Counted from the stretch's first letter, positions 9,221 through 17,902 are shown. The stretch is DNA of 31,507 nt from Spirochaetota bacterium (GCA_029548715.1 JAKPMW010000232.1:1-31507); one strand, 5' to 3'. Made by a program: numbers and translations. Notes: generated from the sequence alone by a model not told the origin.

Positions 9221-11638
9221 ATGAACTGTCTGGCCCGAATCCGGCTGGTCCTGGTTGTCTGCATTCTTTCGGTATCTTTTCCCGCATGGTCTGCCGGATA
9301 CGAGGATTATACGATCATCAAGATCGACCTCAAAGGCAATGTCAACACGGATGCCGCCCTTATCAGGGCCCTTCTTTCCAGCAAGGTGAATGCAAAGTTT
9401 TCCTACCGGAATGTGACACGGGATGTCAAGGACCTTTATTATCTCGGGTATTTTTCGGATATCCAGGTCGATGCCCTGATCGTCGCTGGCGGATTGGTCC
9501 TGACCTATATTTTTGAAGAGTATGACAAGATCGAGGAGATCCTCTTCAAGGGAAATGATGAGCTTTCCGAGGGCGACCTCAAGGAGGCCATGACCCTGAG
9601 AAAGGACTCGGTGTTCAGCCAGATTCAGCTTCAAAAAAACATCGAGACGATTCTTGAAGCCTACCGCAAGGAAGGCTACAGGAATGCGAAAGTGACCCCG
9701 AATGTGCGGGTCGACAAGAACCTGCGCAAGGTTTACATACGGCTGGATATTGACGAAGGCGACAAGATAGTTATCCAGAAGATCCGGATCATCGGGGCAT
9801 CACAGCTTCCTGAAAGTGCTGTCCGGGATGCGATCGAGGATACCCACGAATCGGGATTTTTCCGGGGTGGTATCTACGACGAAAAGACCTTCGAAAAGGA
9901 CAAGTCCAGAATAGTCGAATACTATCGCAACCGCGGTTTTATCAAGATGCAGATAAAAAAAGTGGATTTTCGTGTTGAGCCTGTCAAGCCCGGTGCGAAG
10001 CAGCAGGGCATTTTTATCGATGTGCATGTTGATGAGGGCAAGCGGTATCGCATGGGCCGCTATGTGTTTGAAGGCAATGACATCTTTTCGGGCGATGATA
10101 TATTGACGAAATACTTCAGGCTCAAATCGGGAGACTACTTCGACAACAGCCAGTACGAAAAGGATCAGATGGGCCTCTGGCAGGCCTATCGCGAGCGGGG
10201 ATATATTTTTACCGAGATTACGCCGATCAGGCAGATTGATGAACAGGCGCAGACTGTCAATCTGACGTACAAGATCCGGGAGAAGGAGATTGCCCACGTC
10301 CGGCATATCAAGATAAAGGGAAACACGCGCAGCGAGAATTACGTGGTTGAGCGCGAGATGCGGATCAAGGAAGGCGAGATTTTCAACAGCTCGGCCATTC
10401 GACGTTCGCAGGAGCGGTTGTTCAACCTGCGCTACTTCAAGGATGTCAATATCGAGATTGAGCCGGTTGAGGGCAATGAAGGGCTGATGGACCTTGTCTT
10501 TTCTGTCAAGGAGGACCGGACAGGCCTGTTTACCCTGGGGGCCGGCTATGGCTCGGTGACCGGGTTTACGTTTTACGAGCAGATTTCTGAAAACAATCTT
10601 TTTGGGATGGGTTTTACGGTCTCCCAGCGGCTTGAGCTGGGTGAAAAGCGCAAGAGCATATCGCTTGGTCTCGACACACCCTACACATTTACATACGAGC
10701 CGGTTTCGCTCGGTTTTACGATTTCCTACAGTGCAACCCAGATCGAAAACATCAATACCAACTACTTGAACATGGCTCTGTCCGAAGTGAAGCGGGGCAG
10801 TGATGACGAATATCATTTCATGCGCAAGGCCTTTGAAATCCAGCTTCGGGCCGGGCGCAGTTTTTCCGAGTGGTGGAGAGGCTATTCATCCTATACCTTT
10901 GCCTGGATTGACAGCTACGATGCCAATTTTGTCCCCCTGAGTGCGACGGAGGCCACCAACAAGTCGTCCACGACCCAGGAGTATATTCGCAGGCTGCGCG
11001 ATGCCCTCGACAAGGGGTTCAGTACAAAAAGCAGTCTCAGGCTGGGACTCCTGTATGATACGCGGGATTACGTGGGAGGACCCTCACGCGGTATCTACGC
11101 CAGCCAGTTCCTGACATATACCGGTGGAATTCTGGGCGGCGACAGCCAGTCGATCATGTCTGAGAGCAACTTCTCATTTTTCATCCCGCTGTTCTGGGAT
11201 CTGGTCTTTGCGGTTGACACAAAATTCGAATATATCCTTGACCAGCTGGATGGTGCGTCCAATATCTATCCGGGCGACGAGCTTCAGTTTGACGGGATGA
11301 CCGAATTGCGGGGCTGGCGCAGCTATAATCAGGTCGGTCGCGGGAAAATATCAACGATGACCGAGATACGGTATCCGATTGACAGGCGCATGCTCTGGGG
11401 CGTGTTTTTCTATGACGCGGGAAGATTGTGGGAGGACTACACCAAGGTCTCCTTTGATCTCAAGGAGTTCAAGCACAGCTTCGGGTTTGGTTTCCGCCTG
11501 CAGATTGCCGTCCTCCCGATCAGGCTGTATTTTGCCAAAAAATTCGAGTATGATGATTCAGGCAGGGTAAACTGGCTTGGTGGTTCCGGTGCTTTCGATG
11601 GGTGGGAGACGGTTTTCTCTGTTGCCGGTGTGTTCTGA
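9221..11638 (+). CDS. bamA: Outer membrane protein assembly factor BamA (Omp85), five POTRA domains + barrel
   Basis: Signal peptide; five recognisable POTRA repeats (e.g. IKIKGNTRSENYVVERE, RSQERLFNLRYF); barrel start TGLFTLGAGYG; ENNLFGMG; loop-6 ELRGW; FGFGFR; C-terminal Phe. Confidence 0.96.
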   Translation: MNCLARIRLVLVVCILSVSFPAWSAGYEDYTIIKIDLKGNVNTDAALIRALLSSKVNAKFSYRNVTRDVKDLYYLGYFSDIQVDALIVAGGLVLTYIFEEYDKIEEILFKGNDELSEGDLKEAMTLRKDSVFSQIQLQKNIETILEAYRKEGYRNAKVTPNVRVDKNLRKVYIRLDIDEGDKIVIQKIRIIGASQLPESAVRDAIEDTHESGFFRGGIYDEKTFEKDKSRIVEYYRNRGFIKMQIKKVDFRVEPVKPGAKQQGIFIDVHVDEGKRYRMGRYVFEGNDIFSGDDILTKYFRLKSGDYFDNSQYEKDQMGLWQAYRERGYIFTEITPIRQIDEQAQTVNLTYKIREKEIAHVRHIKIKGNTRSENYVVEREMRIKEGEIFNSSAIRRSQERLFNLRYFKDVNIEIEPVEGNEGLMDLVFSVKEDRTGLFTLGAGYGSVTGFTFYEQISENNLFGMGFTVSQRLELGEKRKSISLGLDTPYTFTYEPVSLGFTISYSATQIENINTNYLNMALSEVKRGSDDEYHFMRKAFEIQLRAGRSFSEWWRGYSSYTFAWIDSYDANFVPLSATEATNKSSTTQEYIRRLRDALDKGFSTKSSLRLGLLYDTRDYVGGPSRGIYASQFLTYTGGILGGDSQSIMSESNFSFFIPLFWDLVFAVDTKFEYILDQLDGASNIYPGDELQFDGMTELRGWRSYNQVGRGKISTMTEIRYPIDRRMLWGVFFYDAGRLWEDYTKVSFDLKEFKHSFGFGFRLQIAVLPIRLYFAKKFEYDDSGRVNWLGGSGAFDGWETVFSVAGVF

Positions 11639-11661
11639 TCTGATATGGTTTGGAGGGATCA

Positions 11662-12201
11662 ATGAAGCGAATTGTAATTTTGGCGGTACTGGCGATATCC
11701 ATGCTGCCCGTTGTTGCGCAGGCAGCATCACTCAAGGACATCATCAAGATTGGCGTTGTGGATATGGGCAAGCTCTTTACCGAGTATGCGTCCAAGAGCG
11801 AAGCATCAAAGAACGTTCGCGAAAAAAAGGCCCGTTTCGCAAAGGAAATCAGGGATGAGGCAGCCGTTATCCGCAAGATGGAAAGCGATCTCAAGGATCA
11901 GATGGCTGGCGCTTCGGACAGTGAGCGGCGGCGCAGAAGTGCAGAGATAGAATTCAAGAAGGACGAGCTTGCCAGTCTTGTTGCCCGGAGGAATGCCGAG
12001 CTTGAAAAGGAAGAGCGTGATATAACCCAGCCGATCCTTGAAGAGATTTATGAGGCAGTGCGCTTTGTGGCCAACAAGCAGGGTGTCAAGATTGTTCTCG
12101 ACAGCAGGTCATACATTGCCTACCACGATATCGAGCTTGACCTGACCGAACAGGTTCTCCTGAGGTTGCGGCTCATACTTTCACAGAAAAATCGGTTCTA
12201 A
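11662..12201 (+). CDS. skp: OmpH/Skp periplasmic chaperone
   Basis: GGAGG then ATG at 11662; signal peptide; [11 protein letters not shown] motif; long coiled coil; C-terminal DLTEQVL. Follows bamA. Confidence 0.9.
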   Translation: MKRIVILAVLAISMLPVVAQAASLKDIIKIGVVDMGKLFTEYASKSEASKNVREKKARFAKEIRDEAAVIRKMESDLKDQMAGASDSERRRRSAEIEFKKDELASLVARRNAELEKEERDITQPILEEIYEAVRFVANKQGVKIVLDSRSYIAYHDIELDLTEQVLLRLRLILSQKNRF

Positions 12202-12205
12202 AGGC

Positions 12206-13285
12206 ATGCTGCGCGCCTGCTCGCTGACACTGGTTGAGTTGGCAGAGAGACTCCGGGGAGTGCTCCGATCCGAAGGGGATCGGGGTATTGTGATTAATGG
12301 GGTTACTCCCCTCGATGCAGCAGCGCCAGGATCGATTGTCTATGTCACCAACAACGCGGGCTGCCGCATTGCCGAGTCCGGCCGGTGCGCGGCCGTGCTG
12401 GCAAACTCCGTGCAGGCGGGTCAGGTGACAAAGCCGGTCATCATCGTGGATGATCCCCGGGCGGCCTGGATGGCCTGTCTCCGGATATTTACTCCGGTTC
12501 TCACCGAGTACCGTGGGATTTCTCCTGATGCGAGTGTGGATCCTTCAGCGGTAATACATCCGCGGGCTGTCATCATGCAGCGGGCTGTCATTATGCCCGG
12601 TGCGCGGATCGGCGCGGGGAGCGTGGTCTGGCCAGGTGTGTTTATTGGCGAACAGGCTCAGATTGGCGAGGACTGCGTTCTTCACCCGAATGCAGTGGTG
12701 CGCGAGGGCTGCATTCTCGGAAACAGGGTCATTGTTCATGCGGGTGCCGTTATTGGAGCGGATGGGTTTGGCTACAGGGCAGATGCGGATGGGCGGCATC
12801 TCAAGATTCCCCAGATCGGAAATGTGATTATCGAAGATGATGTCGAGATCGGTGCCAATGCGACCATCGACAGATCCACGTGCGGATCAACCGTGATTGG
12901 CGAGGGTAGCAAGATCGACAACCTTGTGCAGATTGCCCATAATGTAAACATTGGAAAGCGTAATATATTTGCAGCCCAGGCCGGTATTGCCGGGAGTTCT
13001 GTCACAGGAGAGGGCTGTATTTTTGCGGGGCAGGCTGGTGTGGCGGATCACTGCCGGATTGGCGACAGGGCGGTCATCGGGCCACAGGCCGGTGTGCAAC
13101 TCAGAAGGGTTAAGGCCGACACGGTCTATTTTGGTACTCCCGCAATCGAGATGGAAAAAATGCAAAAAATCCTTCCGTTGTTTCATCGTTTGCCTGAACT
13201 GCTGGGAAAACAAAACAGCGAGGCGGCCAGGGAGCAGCCCACGGGCGAGGGAACGGAAGCTGCTGGACGATCACCGGATTTCTGA
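12206..13285 (+). CDS. lpxD: UDP-3-O-(3-hydroxyacyl)glucosamine N-acyltransferase LpxD
   Basis: Hexapeptide repeats; [42 protein letters not shown]. Confidence 0.96.
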   Translation: MLRACSLTLVELAERLRGVLRSEGDRGIVINGVTPLDAAAPGSIVYVTNNAGCRIAESGRCAAVLANSVQAGQVTKPVIIVDDPRAAWMACLRIFTPVLTEYRGISPDASVDPSAVIHPRAVIMQRAVIMPGARIGAGSVVWPGVFIGEQAQIGEDCVLHPNAVVREGCILGNRVIVHAGAVIGADGFGYRADADGRHLKIPQIGNVIIEDDVEIGANATIDRSTCGSTVIGEGSKIDNLVQIAHNVNIGKRNIFAAQAGIAGSSVTGEGCIFAGQAGVADHCRIGDRAVIGPQAGVQLRRVKADTVYFGTPAIEMEKMQKILPLFHRLPELLGKQNSEAAREQPTGEGTEAAGRSPDF

Positions 13286-13347
13286 TGATACTTGTTTTCA
13301 TGCCTTGCTGAGGCAAATTGACAACGAGGAAATAACAGGAGGAGAAG

Positions 13348-13800
13348 ATGTCAAAGACACTTGATGTAACAGAGATCATGAAACTGCTTCCACACCGTTA
13401 TCCGTTTTTGATGGTAGACAGGATCATCGATTTTGATGATGAAACCATTACCGGGATCAAAAATGTAACCATCAACGAACCCTTTTTTCAGGGGCATTTC
13501 CCGGGACACCCGATCATGCCCGGAGTGTTGCTGGTCGAGGGGCTTGCGCAGTGCGCTGGCTGCCTGATTTTCCAGAAGATTGACAATCCTGCAGCACATG
13601 TTGTGTACTTCATGGGATTGAACAACGTCAAATTCCGGAAACCGGTGCTTCCCGGGGATACGGTAACCTACAAGGTCAAGATCATCAGTTTTAACGGAAC
13701 ACGAGCCAAGATGCAGGGTGAGGTTTCTGTCGATGGCAAGGTTGCGAGCGAGGCCGAAATGACCGCAATGCTGATGCCACGCAAGACTGATGAAGGCTGA
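13348..13800 (+). CDS. fabZ: 3-hydroxyacyl-ACP dehydratase FabZ
   Basis: LPHRYPFLMVD, KNVTINEPFFQGHFPGHPIMPGVLLVEGLAQ, KFRKPVLPGD. Confidence 0.97.
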   Translation: MSKTLDVTEIMKLLPHRYPFLMVDRIIDFDDETITGIKNVTINEPFFQGHFPGHPIMPGVLLVEGLAQCAGCLIFQKIDNPAAHVVYFMGLNNVKFRKPVLPGDTVTYKVKIISFNGTRAKMQGEVSVDGKVASEAEMTAMLMPRKTDEG

Positions 13801-13818
13801 CGAACAGGAACGACAGGC

Positions 13819-14616
13819 ATGGTCCATCACACGGCTCTTGTTGACAGTGCTGCCCGGATAGGGGAGGGGGTCAGGATTGGACCCTATGCCGTTGTTGAAG
13901 GGAGTGTCAGGATCGGGCCAGGTTGTACGATCATGGCGCATGCCTGGATTGGCGGTAATACCAGCCTTGGGGAGGGTTGTGTTGTTCATCCCCATGCTGT
14001 GCTTGGGGATGTGCCCCAGGATTTTTCATATGATCCCGCCAGGGTGTGCTCATCACTCGAAATAGGAAATTTTTGTGTTTTTCGCGAGGGCGTGACCGTG
14101 CATCTCAGCTCAAGGGATGGTGGCCGGACCGTCATCGGAAATCATGTATACATGATGGCCTGCAGTCATGTCGGGCATGATGGGGTCATCGGCGATCATG
14201 TCACCATGGCCAATTCGGCCCTTTTGGCCGGGCATGTGGTTGTCGGGGAAAGAGCCTTCATTTCGGGTAATGTCTCAGTGCACCAGCATGTCCACATCGG
14301 GAAGCTTGCCATGATTGGTGCTTCAACCTTTGTCAGCCAGGATATACCGCCTTTCTGTACTGCACAGGGAGTTCCCGGCCGGGTGGTCTGCCTCAATACG
14401 GTTGGACTCAAACGAAACGGGTATGACCAGCAGAGGAGGACCGCGCTCAAGAAGGTTTTCCGTCTTTTGTATCGCCAGGGACTCTCTCTTGAAGGGGCGC
14501 TTGCGCAGCTTGATCAGCTTGAGGATCAGGATGCGGACTGCGTGTCCGGCTTTATCCGGGCTACAAAGCGCGGGATTGCGTCTTCACGCGGTCATGGTCG
14601 CGCCGATGAGTCGTAA
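13819..14616 (+). CDS. lpxA: Acyl-ACP--UDP-N-acetylglucosamine acyltransferase LpxA
   Basis: Hexapeptide repeats, G..PQD, HVGHD (catalytic His), LAGHV, VHQ, QDIPPF, LN.VGLKRNG. Follows fabZ. Confidence 0.93.
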   Translation: MVHHTALVDSAARIGEGVRIGPYAVVEGSVRIGPGCTIMAHAWIGGNTSLGEGCVVHPHAVLGDVPQDFSYDPARVCSSLEIGNFCVFREGVTVHLSSRDGGRTVIGNHVYMMACSHVGHDGVIGDHVTMANSALLAGHVVVGERAFISGNVSVHQHVHIGKLAMIGASTFVSQDIPPFCTAQGVPGRVVCLNTVGLKRNGYDQQRRTALKKVFRLLYRQGLSLEGALAQLDQLEDQDADCVSGFIRATKRGIASSRGHGRADES

Positions 14617-15058
14617 TGAAATTCCTCAGGACGGGGTCTTGCTCGGGATCGACTTTGGCCTGGCCCGGATTGGTGTTGCCCGTTCGGATTGTTCAAGGCT
14701 GCTGGCGTCTCCGTGTGCCATCATCTGCAGGAAGGTGAAACCGGCTGCTGATTCAGCCGGTAGTATCATGAGGCAGATGGCAGCATGCGGTGCGGTTGCT
14801 GTTGTCATGGGCTGGCCTGACGAGGAAGATGAACGGACCCAGGATATCAGGGCGGCTATTACCGGGTGCATTGATCAGCTTGAAAAGCACGCAGTACCGG
14901 TGGTGTGTGTCTCTGAATCGTTTTCAAGCAGGGAGGCACTGGATCTCCTCCATGCGTCCGGCAAGAAAAAAAAGCCCGGGCAATATCTGGATGACTGGGC
15001 TGCCGCGGTTATTCTTCAACGCTATCTTGACGCACCGGATGAGTACACACGAAGGTGA
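14606..15058 (+). CDS. ruvX: YqgF/RuvX family RNase H-fold nuclease (pre-16S rRNA nuclease / Holliday junction resolvase-like)
   Basis: LLGIDFGLARIGVA.SD, VVMGWP, VSESFSS, LDDWAAAVILQRYLD. Likely start is ATG 14606 (or 14594), overlapping the lpxA stop; the ORF-track start at 14315 lies inside lpxA. Confidence 0.9.
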   Translation: MSRNEIPQDGVLLGIDFGLARIGVARSDCSRLLASPCAIICRKVKPAADSAGSIMRQMAACGAVAVVMGWPDEEDERTQDIRAAITGCIDQLEKHAVPVVCVSESFSSREALDLLHASGKKKKPGQYLDDWAAAVILQRYLDAPDEYTRR

Positions 15059-15096
15059 TATACTGAAGAGCGGCATACTGTGGGCAGAGAGGTTCC

Positions 15097-15993
15097 ATGA
15101 AGCAACACACCCTGCAATCTCAGGTTGCGATCGAGGGCAAAGGGCTGCACAGCGGCCAGGATGTCTGCATTCTGCTTGAGCCGGCAGATCCAGGGACAGG
15201 GATTGTTCTGTTTCGTGAAGATCTTGCGCCCGGCATGCCGATTCCGGCTTCCTGGCGGTTTGTTGTGGATACGGGTCATAATGTGACACTGGGGCGCGAG
15301 AGTGTGTCGATCCAGACAGTGGAGCATCTTCTTTCAGCCCTGTCTGCAGCCGGAGTCGATAATTGCCTGATACGTGTCAACGGGCCGGAGATCCCGTTGT
15401 GTGATGGCGGGGCGAAGTACTTTCTTGAGACTCTCAGCCGGACCGGGCTTTCAGGGCAGGAGGCTCCACGGGAGTATTGCCAGATCAGGATGCCAGTCTG
15501 GGTTGAGGATGGCGATCGGTATCTGCTGGCCCTGCCAGCACATGATTTGCGGATCTCCTGTTCGATACATTTTCGCCACAAAGCCATCCGGTATCAGGCC
15601 TGCCATATCCGGATGGATGCAAAAACCTATCTGCATGAGATTGCTCCTGCCCGGACCTTTGGTTTTACAGGTGATATTGAGGTGTTGCGCAGGCGCGGGC
15701 TTGCCCAGGGTGGTGACTATGATACGGTGCTTGTGTATGATGAAAACGGGCCAATCAGTCCGGATATTCACTTCGAGGATGAGTGTGTCAGGCACAAGGT
15801 TTTGGACATTATGGGAGACCTGGCTCTTCTTGGACATCCTTTGCGGGCGCATGTGATCGGTCACAAGACAGGACACGCCCTTGATGTTGAATTTGTCCGG
15901 AGGCTGGCCGCTGAAATGATAACCGTGTCCGACACTGACACGCTTGAGCGCGACCGCGAATTTGCCAGTTTTTGCGAAAGGATGAATCTGTGA
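15097..15993 (+). CDS. lpxC: UDP-3-O-acyl-N-acetylglucosamine deacetylase LpxC
   Basis: KQHTL...GKGLHSG, TVEHLLSAL, EIPLCDG, IAPARTFGF, RHKVLDIMGDL, GH. Zinc and catalytic residues are present. Confidence 0.96.
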   Translation: MKQHTLQSQVAIEGKGLHSGQDVCILLEPADPGTGIVLFREDLAPGMPIPASWRFVVDTGHNVTLGRESVSIQTVEHLLSALSAAGVDNCLIRVNGPEIPLCDGGAKYFLETLSRTGLSGQEAPREYCQIRMPVWVEDGDRYLLALPAHDLRISCSIHFRHKAIRYQACHIRMDAKTYLHEIAPARTFGFTGDIEVLRRRGLAQGGDYDTVLVYDENGPISPDIHFEDECVRHKVLDIMGDLALLGHPLRAHVIGHKTGHALDVEFVRRLAAEMITVSDTDTLERDREFASFCERMNL

Positions 15994-16448
15994 AGGCGTG
16001 GTTTCTGGCCGTGTGTGCAACAGGTGTCTGCGCAGTCTGCCTGGTCTGTGCCTCCCGGCGTGACGAAAAATTTGAAGTCCGGGTAGATGCGGCGAAACTG
16101 ACGGTTGAACTGGCGGCTGATCCGGACAGCCGGGCCCGTGGGTTGATGCATCGCACAGATCTTGAGCAGGATGCGGGGATGCTTTTTGTGTTTGAGTATT
16201 CGGCTGAATGGGGATTCTGGATGAAAAACACCTTCATTCCGCTTTCGATAGCTTTTATACGGGAAGACAGGACGATCCTCAACATCGAGGATATGTATCC
16301 TCATGACACGAGTCTCGTGATGCCCAAGGGACCGGTTCGGTATGCACTCGAGGTCAACAAAGGCTGGTTCGCGGCCCACTCTATCCGGGCCGGGGCACGG
16401 GTGATGTTTTCCAGCAATCTCAGCCGTGCCATCAGGATCAGCCCATGA
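15990..16448 (+). CDS. DUF192 family exported protein (possible lipoprotein)
   Basis: GTG overlapping the lpxC stop (GTGA). VELA....RARGLMHR, GMLFVF, FWMKNTFIPLSIAFI, YALEVNKG; hydrophobic Cys-containing N-terminus. Confidence 0.88.
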   Translation: MKAWFLAVCATGVCAVCLVCASRRDEKFEVRVDAAKLTVELAADPDSRARGLMHRTDLEQDAGMLFVFEYSAEWGFWMKNTFIPLSIAFIREDRTILNIEDMYPHDTSLVMPKGPVRYALEVNKGWFAAHSIRAGARVMFSSNLSRAIRISP

Positions 16449-16846
16449 AAGCGTGCCTGCTGCTGCTCGTTTTCATGGCTTCGTGCGGGACTGTCCGTGA
16501 GTTTCACTTGCAACGAGGCGACGAAAAGGCCCCGATTACGGTTTCCCTCGGGCCTGCGGTTGTTTCGGGGGGACTTTTTTTTGTGTATCTGCCGGATGTC
16601 GAGGCCCATACGGTTTCCGTCGCAGGTTCATTCAACGGCTGGAGACCGGCCGAATTTTTTTTGACGAATACTTCGGGATCGCCTCTGTGGAGCGGGTTTC
16701 TCCCCCTGACACATCGGGAGAGTGTGCAATTTTGCTACTTCATAAACGGCCGCTTGAGGAGGGCCGATCCGGTGCTTGGATCGACAACGGATGAAGACGG
16801 GCAGGTCTATTCCACCATTGTTGTGAAGCCAGTTACCAACGGATAA
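16445..16846 (+). CDS. Glycogen-binding (CBM48 / AMPK1_CBM-like) domain lipoprotein
   Basis: ATGA overlap with the upstream gene; signal with lipobox MAS-C. A.TVSVAGSFNGW and Y.YFING....DP match the CBM48/E-set pattern. Confidence 0.72.
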   Translation: MKACLLLLVFMASCGTVREFHLQRGDEKAPITVSLGPAVVSGGLFFVYLPDVEAHTVSVAGSFNGWRPAEFFLTNTSGSPLWSGFLPLTHRESVQFCYFINGRLRRADPVLGSTTDEDGQVYSTIVVKPVTNG

Positions 16847-17822
16847 TCGAGGCACCCCAGGTCAGTCCGGCGCCAAAGCCTACGGTAACAATAATGTCTC
16901 CTCGTTTGAGCATCTGTGCACGATTGAGCTCGTCAAGGACAATAGGGATTGAGGCCGAGGATGTATTGCCAAACCGGTCGAGATTGGTGCGGATCACGCC
17001 CTCCGGGAGACCAAGTTTTTTGGCAGCCGAATCGATGATGCGGATATTCGCCTGGTGCGGGATAAAGTGCTGCACATCGGCAATGGTCAATCCGCTCTCA
17101 CGGAGGACCGCATGCACGGATTCGGTGATGGCGCTGATGGCGAACTTGTAGACAGCCGGTCCGTCCATGCGGAGAAACTGCCCGCGTGAGGACAGGGTTG
17201 TTTCGGAAAATGGTTTACGGGATCCCCCTTCGGGGACGATCAGCATGTTTGATCCGCTTCCGTCCGCATGCAGATCAAAGGAGATGACGTTGCTGCCGCC
17301 GTTGGCTGGCCCCGCTTCAAGAAGCATGGCCCCGGCCCCATCCCCAAAGAGAATGCAGGTGGATCTGTCAGTCCAATCGAGAAAATGCGAGAGGGTGTCA
17401 ACACACACCATGAGTATTTTCCGGTACATACCGCTTCGAATCCAGGCGGTCGCAGCCGAGAGGGCGTAGACAAATCCGGTACAGGCAGCGGACATGTCAA
17501 CGCAGGGAACATGCCCCAAGCCAAGGCGATGCCCGATGAGGGAGGATACCGAGGGAAATAGGGGGTGATCAGGAGTGGTGGTTGCCACCAGAATAAAATC
17601 GACACCATGCAGTGAGCCGGGAACCGCCTGTTCCAGCGATGTGCAGGCAGCGTAGGCAAGATCGGATGCTGATTCTCCGGGTGAACAGACATGTCGTTCG
17701 CGGATTCCGGTTCGCTCGCGGATCCACTCGTCCGAGGTCTCGACAAGTTGTTCAAGATCATGATTGGTCAGTATCCGTGAAGGGACGGCACTGCCGGTGG
17801 CAGAAATACGTACGGTCTGGAT
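16833..17822 (-). CDS. fabH: Beta-ketoacyl-ACP synthase III FabH, 329 aa, predicted non-canonical ATC start
   Basis: Catalytic Cys-His-Asn motifs DMSAACTGF, PHQAN.RI, GNTSSASIP; ILFGDGAGA. I translated the frame upstream of 17588 by hand: IQTVRISATGSAVPSRILTNHDLEQLVETSDEWIRERTGIRERH, the conserved FabH N-terminus, with an in-frame stop at 17868-17870. Confidence 0.95.
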   Translation of the reverse strand: MQTVRISATGSAVPSRILTNHDLEQLVETSDEWIRERTGIRERHVCSPGESASDLAYAACTSLEQAVPGSLHGVDFILVATTTPDHPLFPSVSSLIGHRLGLGHVPCVDMSAACTGFVYALSAATAWIRSGMYRKILMVCVDTLSHFLDWTDRSTCILFGDGAGAMLLEAGPANGGSNVISFDLHADGSGSNMLIVPEGGSRKPFSETTLSSRGQFLRMDGPAVYKFAISAITESVHAVLRESGLTIADVQHFIPHQANIRIIDSAAKKLGLPEGVIRTNLDRFGNTSSASIPIVLDELNRAQMLKRGDIIVTVGFGAGLTWGASIIRW

Positions 17823-17828
17823 GGCAGG

Positions 17829-17834
17829 CTCCTT
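17829..17834 (-). promoter_or_regulatory. Shine-Dalgarno AAGGAG, 6 nt upstream of the ATC codon proposed as fabH start
   Basis: The minus strand reads gacAAGGAGcctgccATCcag. Confidence 0.75.
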
Positions 17835-17874
17835 GTCATCACCGCAGGTTCCAGCGGATGCAGAGTATCAAATA

Positions 17875-17902
17875 AATGTAGCATAGTTTGCCATAAAAAC
17901 AA
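17875..17902 (-). promoter_or_regulatory. Putative sigma70 promoter for fabH (extended -10)
   Basis: Minus strand TTGTTT-N16-TACATT with TG-n directly before the -10 (TGcTACATT), in an AT-rich divergent intergenic region. Confidence 0.5.

Noticed and set aside
9800-10816. 338-aa minus-strand ORF
   Set aside because: Lies entirely antisense to bamA and has no family signature.
14315-14605. N-terminal extension of RuvX given by the ORF track
   Set aside because: Overlaps lpxA in another frame; homology to YqgF begins only after ATG 14606.
17771-17839. Frameshifted ATG start (MTRSLPSR...) as the true fabH N-terminus
   Set aside because: It has no SD and no FabH resemblance, and no slippery site is evident; SD spacing favours the in-frame ATC.
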